62,559 bases of DNA, filler included, from Acidimicrobiia bacterium (GCA_041619515.1; 3 parts of 3 records of this genome joined end to end with filler, not necessarily neighbours in it), one strand, 5' to 3'; shown: positions 47,499 through 59,537, numbered from the whole stretch's first letter. Numbers and translations: made by a program. The notes: generated by a model from the sequence alone, not told the origin.

Positions 47499-47942
47499 CT
47501 ACGGGAGCGGCTCGGGCGGTTCTGGATGTGCCGGTCCAGCCTGCTCCCACTCAGCGTCGACACGCTGTGGTCCGGTTTGCACCACCCAGCGGCTGGAGAA
47601 TCGCTTGGTCAAGGCACGGCGGGCGGCTTCCCGTACCGGTGGAACCAGGAGGAGAAACCCGATCGCGTCCGTCAAGAATCCCGGCGTGACCAGGAAAGCG
47701 CCCGCCAGCACGATCATGGCGCCGTGGGCCAGCTCGCGGCCCGGGAACCGAGCTTCGAAAAAGGCTTGACGGACCTGTGCGATGGCCCCCGCCCCCTGTC
47801 GGGCAACGAGGGCCGACCCGGCGAAGGCGGTGAGGACGATGACGACGAGGGTGGCGAGGAGCCCGATCCGTTCACCCACGACGATGAATAGCGCGATCTC
47901 GGCGATCGGGATGCCGACGAACAGCAGGAGGAGCAGCCCCAT
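47499..47942 (-). CDS. fxsA: FxsA family membrane protein
   Basis: PIAEIALF, RQG, LVTPGFLTDAIG.LLL.PPVR. Confidence 0.9.
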   Translation of the reverse strand: MGLLLLLFVGIPIAEIALFIVVGERIGLLATLVVIVLTAFAGSALVARQGAGAIAQVRQAFFEARFPGRELAHGAMIVLAGAFLVTPGFLTDAIGFLLLVPPVREAARRALTKRFSSRWVVQTGPQRVDAEWEQAGPAHPEPPEPLP

Positions 47943-48001
47943 AGCGTGTGAGCTTATCCGACGGCCACCGCAACCGGGTCCCGCCGCATGAATAGGCGCC
48001 G

Positions 48002-49516
48002 CTACAACGCGCTGGCCCGGGCCGCCTTGTTGAGAGAGCTCGTAAACGCCCGGGCGGAGGCTTCGACGATATCCGTGCTGGAGCCGGTGCCGGTGAACGT
48101 CTTCTCGCGCACCTGCACGAGCACGCTCACCTCAGCCATCGCGTCGGCGCCCAGGCTTACCGGCTCAACCCGGTAATCGACGAGGCGGGCATCGATGTCG
48201 AAGGCAGCGCGCAACGCGGCGAAGATCGAGTGGACCATCCCGTCACCCGTGGCCGAATAGCTCTCCTTGACGCCATCGCGTTGCACCGTGACGGTTGCCT
48301 CGGCCTCGTTGTCCTTTCCCGCGGCGTGCCAGCCGAGGAAGTGGACGGCGTCGGACAGGTCCACCTGATCATGGACGATGGCCAGCAGCCCCTCTTCGCC
48401 GATTTCGCCCTTGCGGTCTGCCAGCGCCTTGAAGCGCACGAACGCCGACTCGAAATCCTCGTCCTCCAGATTGATGCCGAGCTCCTGCAACGCGTCACCG
48501 AAGGCGGCCCGGCCGGAGTGCTTGCCGAGCACGAGCTTGGAGCGATCCTGGCCAACGGCCGAGGGATCCATGATCTCGTAGGTCGTGCGCTCCCGCAGCA
48601 CGCCGTGCTGGTGGATTCCAGACTCGTGGGCAAAGGCGTTGCGGCCAACCACGGCCTTGTTGTATTGCACGGGATAGCCGGTCAGGCGCGAGACGAGCCG
48701 ACTGGCCGGGAACAGCTGCGTGCTGTCGATGCCTGTTGCGACGTTGTAATGGTCGGCTCTGGTGTTGATGGCCATCACCACCTCCTCCAGGGCAGTGTTC
48801 CCTGCCCGCTCCCCGATGCCGTTCACCGCCACCTCCACCTGACGGGCTCCGTTCTCGACGGCGGCCAGGGCATTGGCGACCGCCAGGCCGAGGTCGTTGT
48901 GACAATGCGTGGAAATGACGATGTCGACACGGTCGCCCTTCACCTCGTCGACCACGCGCCGGATGCGCGCCCCGTAGTCGGTCGGGGTGCCGTAGCCAAC
49001 CGTGTCGGGAATGTTGATGGTGGTGGCACCGGCCTCGACCGCCGCCCGACACACCCGGATCATGAAGTCGATGTCCGAGCGCGACCCGTCCTCGGGTGAG
49101 AACTCGACGTCGTCGCACAACGCGCGAGCCTGCGCCACTCCGGCGCGGACGGCATCGAGCACCTGCTCCTCGGTCATCCGCAACTTGTGCTCCATATGGA
49201 TCGCCGAGGTGGCCAGAAACACGTGGATCCTGGGCCGTTCGGCGTCCTTGACCGCCTCCCAGGCCCGGTCGATGTCCTCGGCGATCCCACACCGGGCGAG
49301 ACCGGCGATGATCGGGCCCTTGATCTCACGAGCGATCCGCTGCACGGCGGCGAAGTCGCCGTCCGAGGCAATGGGAAACCCGGCTTCGATGATGTCCACG
49401 CCCAGCACGGCCAGCTGATTGGCGATGGCGACCTTGTCATCGGAATCGAGCGCGATCCCGGGAGACTGTTCACCGTCTCGAAGGGTGGTGTCGAAGATGA
49501 GTACTCGGTCTGACAT
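48002..49516 (-). CDS. leuA: 2-isopropylmalate synthase
   Basis: IFDTTLRDGEQSPG, HCHNDLG, NGIGERAGN, AHESGIHQHG, LGKHSGR. Confidence 0.97.
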   Translation of the reverse strand: MSDRVLIFDTTLRDGEQSPGIALDSDDKVAIANQLAVLGVDIIEAGFPIASDGDFAAVQRIAREIKGPIIAGLARCGIAEDIDRAWEAVKDAERPRIHVFLATSAIHMEHKLRMTEEQVLDAVRAGVAQARALCDDVEFSPEDGSRSDIDFMIRVCRAAVEAGATTINIPDTVGYGTPTDYGARIRRVVDEVKGDRVDIVISTHCHNDLGLAVANALAAVENGARQVEVAVNGIGERAGNTALEEVVMAINTRADHYNVATGIDSTQLFPASRLVSRLTGYPVQYNKAVVGRNAFAHESGIHQHGVLRERTTYEIMDPSAVGQDRSKLVLGKHSGRAAFGDALQELGINLEDEDFESAFVRFKALADRKGEIGEEGLLAIVHDQVDLSDAVHFLGWHAAGKDNEAEATVTVQRDGVKESYSATGDGMVHSIFAALRAAFDIDARLVDYRVEPVSLGADAMAEVSVLVQVREKTFTGTGSSTDIVEASARAFTSSLNKAARASAL

Positions 49517-49520
49517 GGCT

Positions 49521-49671
49521 GATGCCTCCTGGGCGTCTGGGAAGGGTAATCGGGCTGAGTGAGGCCGGGTCAGCGGATGCTGCCCGGCCGGCTAAGCGCC
49601 AGGCACCCGCCGGCCCGGGCGGTCCCGGGCAGGGTGCGGGAGAGCATGGGGACGGAGACCGAGTTGTGCAT
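49521..49671 (-). promoter_or_regulatory. Putative LEU-element-like leader of leuA (leader ORF 49570-49671 with SD-sequestering helix)
   Basis: Leader MHNSVSVPMLSRTLPGTARAGGCLALSRPGSIR*; GGUGCCUGGCG (covers a Leu codon) can pair with CGCC-CAGG-AGGCAUC containing the SD; inner GGCCGGG/CCCGGCC stem. Confidence 0.5.
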
Positions 49672-49679
49672 GACCACGC

Positions 49680-50180
49680 TCACGAGATGGCACGCAGGTT
49701 GCGGGTCTTCGAATCCCGGGCCAGGGCGATCCAGCCCGACTTGACGACGTCGATCAGCCCGTAGGGCCGGACCAGCTCGAGAAAGTCGTTCACCTTGGCG
49801 GGCGTGCCGGTCATCTCGAAGGTCACCGAAGCTGCGCCCACGTCGACCGCTTTTGCCTTGAAGACGGCCGCCGCGTCGAGCAGCTCCCCCCGCTTGGTGG
49901 CATCAGCCGACACTCGCACCAGCATGACCTCACGCTCGACGCTCTCGGCCGGGTCGAGCTCGGTGATCTTGATCGTGTTGATGAGCTTGCGGAGTTGTTT
50001 CACGACCTGCTCGATTTCGGCTGCGTTCACGACCACCGTCATGACGGAGTTGCCGGGCTCGGCCGACGGGCCGACGGCGAGTGAATGGATGTTGAAGCCG
50101 CGGCGGGCGAACATGGATGCCACCCTGGCCAGGACGCCGGGCTTGTCCTCTACCAGCACCGAGAGCACGTGGAGGGTCAT
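49680..50180 (-). CDS. ilvN: Acetolactate synthase small subunit
   Basis: [32 protein letters not shown]. Confidence 0.96.
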   Translation of the reverse strand: MTLHVLSVLVEDKPGVLARVASMFARRGFNIHSLAVGPSAEPGNSVMTVVVNAAEIEQVVKQLRKLINTIKITELDPAESVEREVMLVRVSADATKRGELLDAAAVFKAKAVDVGAASVTFEMTGTPAKVNDFLELVRPYGLIDVVKSGWIALARDSKTRNLRAIS

Positions 50181-51892
50181 CGCAGATCCTCGACGCTCAG
50201 CGCCACGTTGTCGTTTGAGCCTCCGGCGGGGACCATGGGGAACACCATCTCGTCCGGGTCGACCTTGAATTCGGCGACAACCGGCCGATCGTTGATGGTG
50301 AGGGACTTCTCGATGACGGGCCCCACCTCGGAGGGATGCTCGGCTCGCAGTCCGACGCATCCCATCGCCTCCGCCAGCTTCACGTAGTCGGGGGTGTGGT
50401 CGGTGAGCTCGGTGGCGGAGAAGCGCTCGTTGTAGAACAGGCGCTGCCATTGGCGGACCATGCCGAGGTTGTTGTTGTTGAGGACGGCGATCTTGATCGG
50501 AACGCCTTCGGTGCTGGCGGTGGTGAGCTCCTGCATCGTCATCTGGAAGCAGCCATCGCCGTCGATGGCGTATACCAGCTGGTCGGGCATGCCGACCTTG
50601 GCGCCGATGGCGGCGGGTATGGCGTATCCCATCGTGCCGAGGCCGCCCGAGTTGATCCACGTGCGGGGCTTCGTGTAGGTCCACAACTGCGACGCCCACA
50701 TTTGATGCTGGCCGACCCCCGCCACCACGATGGCATCACCGCCGGTGATCCGGTAGAGCTCCTCGACGACGAACTGCGGCTTGATCGGCCCGGCTGCGTT
50801 CTGCTCGTAGCTCACTGCCTTGTCCCGCTGCCAGCCGTGAATCGTTTCGAGCCATGCCGCATGCTCCGGCGCCTCCAACCCGTCCAGGGAGCGCGCCAGC
50901 TTGTCGTTGAGCTGGGCGAGCACCGTGCGGGCGTCGCCGACGATGGGAACGTCCGGAGTGCGGATCTTGCCGATCTCGGAGGGATCGATGTCGATGTGGA
51001 TGACCTTGGCGTCCGGGGCGAAGGCGGCAGGGTCGCCGGTCACCCTGTCGTCGAAGCGCGCTCCGACGGCGATGAGGAGGTCTGACTTCTGCATGGCGGT
51101 GATGGCGGCGTAGAGGCCGTGCATTCCCGGCATTCCAAGACAGAGTGGATGATTGTCCGGGAAGGCTCCGCGAGCCATGAGCGTCGTTGTCACCGGGAGG
51201 TTGGCGGCTTCGGCCAGCTCGAGCAGCTCGGCGTGGGCGCCGGCTGCGATGACGCCCCCGCCTGCGTACAGCACGGGACGCTCGGCCTGGAGGATCAGGT
51301 CGATGGCGGCGCGGATTTGCAGAGGATGGCCTTTTGTGTTCGGCCGGTAGCCGGGCAGGTCGATCCGGCCGGTTGGCTCCCGCCATTCGATCGCAGTGTT
51401 GAGTATGTCCTTGGGGAGATCGACCAGGACCGGGCCCGGCCTGCCGGTCCCGGCCAGGTGGAAAGCCTCATGGATCACGTCCGGTATCTCGGCGGCGTCG
51501 GTGACCAGGTAGTTGTGCTTGGTGGCGGGCATGGTGATGCCCCAGGTGTGGGCCTCCTGGAACGCATCGTTGCCGATCGCGTAGGTGGGGACCTGGCCGG
51601 TGATGGCGACGATGGGAACCGAGTCCATGTAGGCGTTGGCGAGGGAGGTCACCAGGTTGGTCGCTCCCGGTCCGGAGGTCGCGATGGCGACTCCAACCCG
51701 GCCGGTCGCCTGGGCGTAGCCCTCTGCCATGTGGCCGGCGCCCTGTTCGTGCCTGGCGAGGATATGGCGGATCGGGCTGTCGTAGAGGGGGTCGTATGCT
51801 GGAAGGATGGCCCCGCCGGGATGTCCGAACATGACCTCGACACCCTCGAATTCGAGGGCCTTGAGGAGCGCTTCGGCAACGGTGATCTTCAT
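50177..51892 (-). CDS. ilvB: Acetolactate synthase large subunit
   Basis: [39 protein letters not shown]. Confidence 0.97.
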   Translation of the reverse strand: MKITVAEALLKALEFEGVEVMFGHPGGAILPAYDPLYDSPIRHILARHEQGAGHMAEGYAQATGRVGVAIATSGPGATNLVTSLANAYMDSVPIVAITGQVPTYAIGNDAFQEAHTWGITMPATKHNYLVTDAAEIPDVIHEAFHLAGTGRPGPVLVDLPKDILNTAIEWREPTGRIDLPGYRPNTKGHPLQIRAAIDLILQAERPVLYAGGGVIAAGAHAELLELAEAANLPVTTTLMARGAFPDNHPLCLGMPGMHGLYAAITAMQKSDLLIAVGARFDDRVTGDPAAFAPDAKVIHIDIDPSEIGKIRTPDVPIVGDARTVLAQLNDKLARSLDGLEAPEHAAWLETIHGWQRDKAVSYEQNAAGPIKPQFVVEELYRITGGDAIVVAGVGQHQMWASQLWTYTKPRTWINSGGLGTMGYAIPAAIGAKVGMPDQLVYAIDGDGCFQMTMQELTTASTEGVPIKIAVLNNNNLGMVRQWQRLFYNERFSATELTDHTPDYVKLAEAMGCVGLRAEHPSEVGPVIEKSLTINDRPVVAEFKVDPDEMVFPMVPAGGSNDNVALSVEDLR

Positions 51893-51918
51893 AGTTGAGG
51901 CTTTCTGGTCCTGGTACG

Positions 51919-51949
51919 AAAAAACCCTCCGGCCGGGGGCAACGGAGGG
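51919..51949 (-). terminator. Attenuator terminator of the ilvB leader
   Basis: mRNA CCCUCCG-N11-CGGAGGG-UUUUUU; competing AGCGCAC/GUGCGCU helix upstream. Confidence 0.88.
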
Positions 51950-51977
51950 AGCGCACTCGCCTGTATGTGGCGGTGCG

Positions 51978-52013
51978 CTACGTGAGTACGAGAATGTCGC
52001 GGGGGGTAAACAT
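51978..52013 (-). CDS. ilvB leader peptide [11 protein letters not shown]
   Basis: Ile-Leu-Val-Leu codon run before the stop, followed by the terminator. Confidence 0.85.
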   Translation of the reverse strand: MFTPRDILVLT

Positions 52014-52075
52014 CGTGTTCTGTTTCAACCTCGATTGGTGGTTCGACAGTATGTCGATTGAGCTTGAGCTTGTCA

Positions 52076-53320
52076 ATGTCTAGTTCGTTTCTTGATGCTA
52101 TCGCTCCCGAGCTGCTGTCCGAGGCAATCGCGGCAGCCCGGGCGGCCCTTCGCCGGCTCGATGACGATGACGTTCCCGCCCGGCTCCGCAAAGTGGCCGC
52201 ATATCAGGGGGGCCGCCTCCCGGCGCCTCTCGCCAAGCGTCTCATCGCGGCCCTGGATGAGGACGAATGGCTCCGCGACAAGTGCCGGGACGAGCTGGCC
52301 GATCCGGACCCTGCCGCCGCCGGAGCAGCTGGGGCGTCGGCGCTCTTCCTCCTGCGCCCGCCCGGATGGGAGTTCGAGCTCGGACGCCGGGCTGAGCGCC
52401 TCCTGCAGGGAAAGGCAGAGGTACGCGTGAGTGATCTCGACGGCCGCGTCAAAGCCGCCAAGGCCCGGGAGGTGGAGGCCAGGAGCCGCTGGCAGGAAGC
52501 GAAGCGCCAGATCAAGGAACTGGAGCGCCTCCGCCGCTCCGAGGTCGAGGCAGTCCGTGCTCAGCTGCGGGAGCTCCGCCGGGCCGACCGTCTCGAGGAC
52601 GAGGAGCATGCACGCATCGTCGCCGAGCTGGAGGCGTCCCGGGAGCAGGCGATGGCAGCCCACCGCCGGGAAGTCGAGGCCGGAGAGGCGGTCAAACGGC
52701 GGTTGCGCAAGGCCGAGGCTCAGCGGGCGGAGGTCGAGAAGCGGATGCAGGCGGGCGCGACGGTTTGGGGGAGTGGTGACCCGGTCGCCCTCGCCCGGCA
52801 CCTGGACACCCTGGTGCGTACCGTCGAGGCCGACCCGGCGCTCCTCGAGTACATCAAGCCCCTGCAGGAGCGGGCGTGGAAGCTGCCTCCGGGAGCCCGG
52901 CCGGACGACCGAAACGCCATCGATTGGCTGCTGCGCCAGCCGCGGCCGTTCTCGTTCATCGTCGACGGCTACAACGTCACATTTCGCCTGAGCGGGGGAT
53001 GGGACGCGGCGGCCCGTGAGCGGCTCAACGAAGAGCTGTCTCGCTTCAAGCTGCGCGCCAAAACCCCTGCCAATGTGATCGTGGTCTACGACTCGGCGGT
53101 GAACCCCGAGGTCGAAACCGGTGCCGGCCCGGGAGGGATCTGGCTCCGTTTCACCCGTGAGGGCCTCACCGCCGACGATGAGATTGGCCGCCTGGCCGCC
53201 GAATCGGCGGATCCGGCTGTGGTCGTCAGCAGCGACCGCGAGGTGCGGGAGGGATCCGAGCAGTCCGGTGCCATTGCCATCTGGTCCGAAGCGCTGATCT
53301 CCTGGATTCAGGGCCGCTGA
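52076..53320 (+). CDS. Coiled-coil protein with C-terminal NYN (YacP-like PIN) domain
   Basis: IVDGYNV, VVYD, TADDEI, VVSSDREV. Confidence 0.88.
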   Translation: MSSSFLDAIAPELLSEAIAAARAALRRLDDDDVPARLRKVAAYQGGRLPAPLAKRLIAALDEDEWLRDKCRDELADPDPAAAGAAGASALFLLRPPGWEFELGRRAERLLQGKAEVRVSDLDGRVKAAKAREVEARSRWQEAKRQIKELERLRRSEVEAVRAQLRELRRADRLEDEEHARIVAELEASREQAMAAHRREVEAGEAVKRRLRKAEAQRAEVEKRMQAGATVWGSGDPVALARHLDTLVRTVEADPALLEYIKPLQERAWKLPPGARPDDRNAIDWLLRQPRPFSFIVDGYNVTFRLSGGWDAAARERLNEELSRFKLRAKTPANVIVVYDSAVNPEVETGAGPGGIWLRFTREGLTADDEIGRLAAESADPAVVVSSDREVREGSEQSGAIAIWSEALISWIQGR

Positions 53321-53346
53321 GCTGGGAGGCCCGGTCCCGGCCTCGC

Positions 53347-54369
53347 TCAGGCCCCGATGGTCTTGCCGACCGAGCGCAGCTCCTCACAGGTTTGCATCAC
53401 CCTGGTGGCCATGGACGCTTCTGCGGCCTTGAGGTAGGAGCGGGGATCGTAGACCTTCTTGTTGCCGACCTCGCCGTCGATCTTCAGCACGCCGTCGTAG
53501 TTGGTCATCATGTGGCCGGCTATGGGCCGGGTGAAGGCGTACTGGTTGTCGGTGTCGACGTTCATCTTGACCACGCCGTAGTCCACCGCTTCGTGGATTT
53601 CCGACATGAGCGAGCCGCTTCCGCCGTGGAACACGTAGAGGAAGCGGGCCCCGGGATGGTTCTCCCCAAGCGTGTCCTGGCATTCCTTGAGGATCTCCGG
53701 ACGAAGCTTCACATTGCCCGGCTTGTAGGACCCGTGCACGTTGCCGAAGGTTGCCGCCAGCAGGTAGGTGTGTTCCCCGGGAACGCCCAGGGCCTCGACC
53801 ACCTTCATGACGTCCTCGGGAGAGGTGTAGAGGTTGGCGTTCTCGGCCGCCTCGACACCATCCTCCTCGCCGCCGACCACTCCTGCCTCGACTTCCAGCA
53901 GCACATCGAGGGGTGACATCTCCTCGTACAGTTGCGCCGAGATCTTCAAGTTCTCGTCGAGCGGGATGGCCGATCCGTCGAACATGTGGCTCTGAAAGAG
54001 TGGCGGCTTGCCCTGGCTGCGGCGCTCTCTGGCGATGTCGAGCAGCGGGCGGATGAACGTGTCGACCTTGTCGGCCTGACAGTGGTCGGTATGGAGCGCG
54101 AAGTTCACCGGGTAGCGGTCGGCGAGGGTCGAAGCGAACTCGGCGAGCGCGGCGGCGCCCAGCGCCATGTCCTGCACATGGGTCCCGGAGGCAAAGCTGC
54201 CGCCGCCGGTGCTGATCTGGATGATCCCATCGGATTCGGATTCGGCCAGCCCGCGCATCGCCGCGTTCATGGTCTCAGACGAGGTGACGTTGATGGCGGG
54301 AAAGGCGAACCTGCCTTCCTGGGCGGCGGCGAGCATTGCCCGGTAGGTGTCGGGGGTTGCGATTGGCAT
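53347..54369 (-). CDS. fbaA: Class II fructose-bisphosphate aldolase
   Basis: MPIATP, LHTDHC, SHMFDGS, GGEEDG, FGNVHG, FHGGSGS, KMNVDTD. Confidence 0.97.
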   Translation of the reverse strand: MPIATPDTYRAMLAAAQEGRFAFPAINVTSSETMNAAMRGLAESESDGIIQISTGGGSFASGTHVQDMALGAAALAEFASTLADRYPVNFALHTDHCQADKVDTFIRPLLDIARERRSQGKPPLFQSHMFDGSAIPLDENLKISAQLYEEMSPLDVLLEVEAGVVGGEEDGVEAAENANLYTSPEDVMKVVEALGVPGEHTYLLAATFGNVHGSYKPGNVKLRPEILKECQDTLGENHPGARFLYVFHGGSGSLMSEIHEAVDYGVVKMNVDTDNQYAFTRPIAGHMMTNYDGVLKIDGEVGNKKVYDPRSYLKAAEASMATRVMQTCEELRSVGKTIGA

Positions 54370-54416
54370 GGTTGCTCCTAGGTCATCGGTCCTGGGTGAA
54401 ACCCTACAGTTGCCCA

Positions 54417-54953
54417 ATGCAACACGAACCAGGCAAAGGGCCCGAACCGTATGGGTCGGTGGTCGTCCAGTATTTCAAGTTTTCCGGGGATCTGCACTGG
54501 CGCCACGACATGGTGCTGCTCGGGTCCGACCAGCACGGCACCTGGCTGGGTGGACCGGCCGGGACCACCATCCAGCGGGGCCACGAGCCAGCCCGGCGGT
54601 GGCCGAGCCCGTTCGTGCAGCTCGTCGCCCGTGATCGATGGTGGACCCTCTTCTTCAACGGCGATCATTCAGACGACTACCGGGTGTACGTCGACGTCAT
54701 CACCCCCGCCGTGTGGGCCGGTGCCGAGCGGGTCGAGATGGTGGATCTCGATCTCGACGTGGTGCTGCGCCACGACCGGTCGGTCGAGCTGCTGGATGAG
54801 GACGAGTTTCGTGCCCACTCAGAGCGCTATGCCTATCCGGACTGGCTCGTCGATCGCGCCCGCACCGCGGCCGCCGAGCTCATGCTGGCGGTGGAAGCAG
54901 GCACGGAGCCGTTCGGAGCCGCCGGCGAGCGGTGGCTCCGACTCATCGAATAG
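54417..54953 (+). CDS. DUF402 (FomD-like) nucleoside di/triphosphatase family
   Basis: YVDVITP, VDLDLDVV, LLDEDEF..H...YAYP. Confidence 0.88.
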   Translation: MQHEPGKGPEPYGSVVVQYFKFSGDLHWRHDMVLLGSDQHGTWLGGPAGTTIQRGHEPARRWPSPFVQLVARDRWWTLFFNGDHSDDYRVYVDVITPAVWAGAERVEMVDLDLDVVLRHDRSVELLDEDEFRAHSERYAYPDWLVDRARTAAAELMLAVEAGTEPFGAAGERWLRLIE

Positions 54954-55120
54954 GACCCCGCCGGTCGAGCGTGACCGTTAACCCCCTGGGTTCCCGTGAT
55001 GGCGGTCAACCTGCTCGGACCGGCCGTCTCATCGCGGGGGGTTGGCGGCGTGCACCGCACATGAACACCCGGCTTCGCCCGGCTGCCGCTGCGGGCGATC
55101 CCGGGGTGTGGACACGACCC
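54953..55120. ncRNA. Candidate structured non-coding RNA, family unassigned
   Basis: Intergenic; two long nested hairpins (54975-55048, 55065-55109) and a possible closing helix; no credible ORF. Confidence 0.5.
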
Positions 55121-55179
55121 TGTGAGATGCGGAACCGTTGCCCGGGGGCATGTTGGACAAGCCGGGCTCTCGGCCGACC

Positions 55180-56697
55180 TCAGCTCTCCAGCCTGCTCGC
55201 CACGGTGGCAAAGCACATCTCGTCGTCGGTTCCGTCGGCCCACACGACGTAGGCCGGCTCCAGGTCGGGATCCCGCAGCGATCGATCCCACGAGCACTCG
55301 ATACGGATCTCATCACCGGCCTCGATGGCCACGTCGACTGCGAGTTCATAGTTGAATTGCCAGTCGAAATCCCATGTCGGAATGTCGAGCAGGATCATCT
55401 CGTCAACCTGCCCGGGGTTCAGAGTCATTCGGAAACTCTTGCCCAGCTCGTGCATGTGGCCCAACACGGAGATGATCGTCGCGTCGTATGCGATGCGTGT
55501 GTCGCAGGTGGATGTCGCGATGCCGTCGGTCATACCGGCGAATTCCGATGCCGTGCGCCCACAGAATCCGAGGATGGCATCGGCCGGGGCCCCACGCAGC
55601 CCGTACTGGTCGATCTTCTGGGTCAGCACCGTCCGCCGATCGCACAGCGGTCCCTCTTCGTCGGCTGAACACGGGATCTCGGCGGGGGCGAGGAGCGGCT
55701 CGAGATACACCTCTGCGAGCTGCTCACCCGCTTCGGCGAAGTCGAGCCGGAGTGACGATTTGTCCTCGGGAGCGTCCACGTCGAAGTGGTAGTGGATCTG
55801 GATCACCAGGAAGTCCCCCGCTTCGAGGTAGAGGCCGCTCCCGTCCGGGAACCGGGTAGCGCCCTGGCCGGGTGCCCAGCCGAGGAATATCTCGTCGTCG
55901 AAGAGGCCCGATCCGCCGAAGCAGGTCCATCCTCCCCCGTCGTCGTCGGCCCGGTCTTTCTGCTCGGCTGTTTCTCGCCCGGCCTCCGGGATCCGATAGC
56001 CAATGGCGTGATGAACCACGTCCGCCTGGTCGGGGACGAACTCGAAGCCGAGCAGCCAGGTGGGCTCGGTCAGCTGGGGGTCGTAGACGATGCATCGGTA
56101 CTCGTCACCGGTCGCGCGGTCGCCGTCGAAGCCGGCTTCCGGAACGATCTCCATGTCGATTGCCGTGAGTGAGATGACATCGCTGGTCGGAACGATTGGC
56201 GTGGCCGGGTCGACATCGAGGACTGCGCCCCCGTCGTGCCAGGCCTGGACGGCCTTGATCTCTTCCCCGTTCAGGCTCCAGTCATGCCGGAACGGAGCGC
56301 TCACCGAGGAGGCCGGCCAGGGCGGCATGAGGCCGGCACCGACGAGCAGGGCGATATCTGAGGAGCTGGCGGCGACGTCGGCTGCCGTGTCGAACCGAAC
56401 CTGCTGGGTGCCGGGACCACTACCCGTGTGGCATTGAGCGCAGGTGGACTGCACGATCGGCATGATCCCCGCCTCGAATGCGGCTGGGATCGGTTCGAGG
56501 GGCAACGGAGTGATCATGGTCGTGCTGGACGAAGTCGTGGTCGGCAGCGGCGCCGCCGTCGACGGCGGTGCGGTGGTCGCCGAGGCCGGCAAGGTGGTCG
56601 GCTCCGGAGGAACGGCCTGGTCTCCGGAGCACGCCGCCAGGGCAAGCACCACCGCCGGTATGAGCAAAAGAGTCGAGGGTCTCACCAGCTTCACCAT
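55180..56697 (-). CDS. Lipoprotein: c-type heme domain fused to copper type II (PHM/DBH-like) monooxygenase
   Basis: Lipobox LAAC, CAQCH, MPPWP, VVHHAI, QIHYH, GHMH, WDFDWQ..Y, DEMC. Confidence 0.85.
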   Translation of the reverse strand: MVKLVRPSTLLLIPAVVLALAACSGDQAVPPEPTTLPASATTAPPSTAAPLPTTTSSSTTMITPLPLEPIPAAFEAGIMPIVQSTCAQCHTGSGPGTQQVRFDTAADVAASSSDIALLVGAGLMPPWPASSVSAPFRHDWSLNGEEIKAVQAWHDGGAVLDVDPATPIVPTSDVISLTAIDMEIVPEAGFDGDRATGDEYRCIVYDPQLTEPTWLLGFEFVPDQADVVHHAIGYRIPEAGRETAEQKDRADDDGGGWTCFGGSGLFDDEIFLGWAPGQGATRFPDGSGLYLEAGDFLVIQIHYHFDVDAPEDKSSLRLDFAEAGEQLAEVYLEPLLAPAEIPCSADEEGPLCDRRTVLTQKIDQYGLRGAPADAILGFCGRTASEFAGMTDGIATSTCDTRIAYDATIISVLGHMHELGKSFRMTLNPGQVDEMILLDIPTWDFDWQFNYELAVDVAIEAGDEIRIECSWDRSLRDPDLEPAYVVWADGTDDEMCFATVASRLES

Positions 56698-56860
56698 GTC
56701 TGAGTGTACGGGCCGGCCTGTGCCAACCCGGTGCCGTCGGTTCTCGCGAGCAGCCGCACCGGCCCGCCGTCGATGGCGCACAGTGCCCCCCGGCCGGCAA
56801 GCCGGCGGTGCGACGTCTCCTCGAACGTAGGGGACAGGCGACTGAGTAGCGTTCGCCGCC

Positions 56861-59273
<2,413 letters not shown>

Positions 59274-59298
59274 GCAATTCCCGCCTGTTCGGGGATTC

Positions 59299-59320
59299 TG
59301 TCACACCCGATTAGTACGGT
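59299..59320 (+). promoter_or_regulatory. PafBC/RecA-NDp-type DNA-damage promoter
   Basis: TGTCAC-N10-TACGGT; same geometry as TGTCGG-N10-TANNNT, 4/6 match in the upstream hexamer. Confidence 0.6.
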
Positions 59321-59342
59321 CGTGACCGTGAAAGGAGGCCGG

Positions 59343-59537
59343 ATGCTCATCGACTGCGACGAGTGCGTCATGCAACACACGAGCGCGTGCGACGACTGTG
59401 TCGTGACGGTCCTGCTGGCGGGCCAGGTGCGGCGGCGGCTCGAGCTGGACAACGCCGAAGCCGACGCCATCGACAACCTGGCCGACGCCGGCCTGGTCCC
59501 TCAGCTCCGGCTTCTGAGACGAGCCGGCAACGAATAG
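59343..59537 (+). CDS. Small Cys4 protein (CxxC-x7-CxxC), 64 aa
   Basis: MLIDCDECVMQHTSACDDCVVTVLL...LADAGLVPQLRL; SD AAAGGAGG. Confidence 0.85.
   Translation: MLIDCDECVMQHTSACDDCVVTVLLAGQVRRRLELDNAEADAIDNLADAGLVPQLRLLRRAGNE

Noticed and set aside
54953..55120. Assigning the structured region to SRP, RNase P, cobalamin/SAM/c-di-AMP riboswitch or tRNA
   Set aside because: Diagnostic conserved motifs not found and it lies between two gene 3' ends; left unassigned
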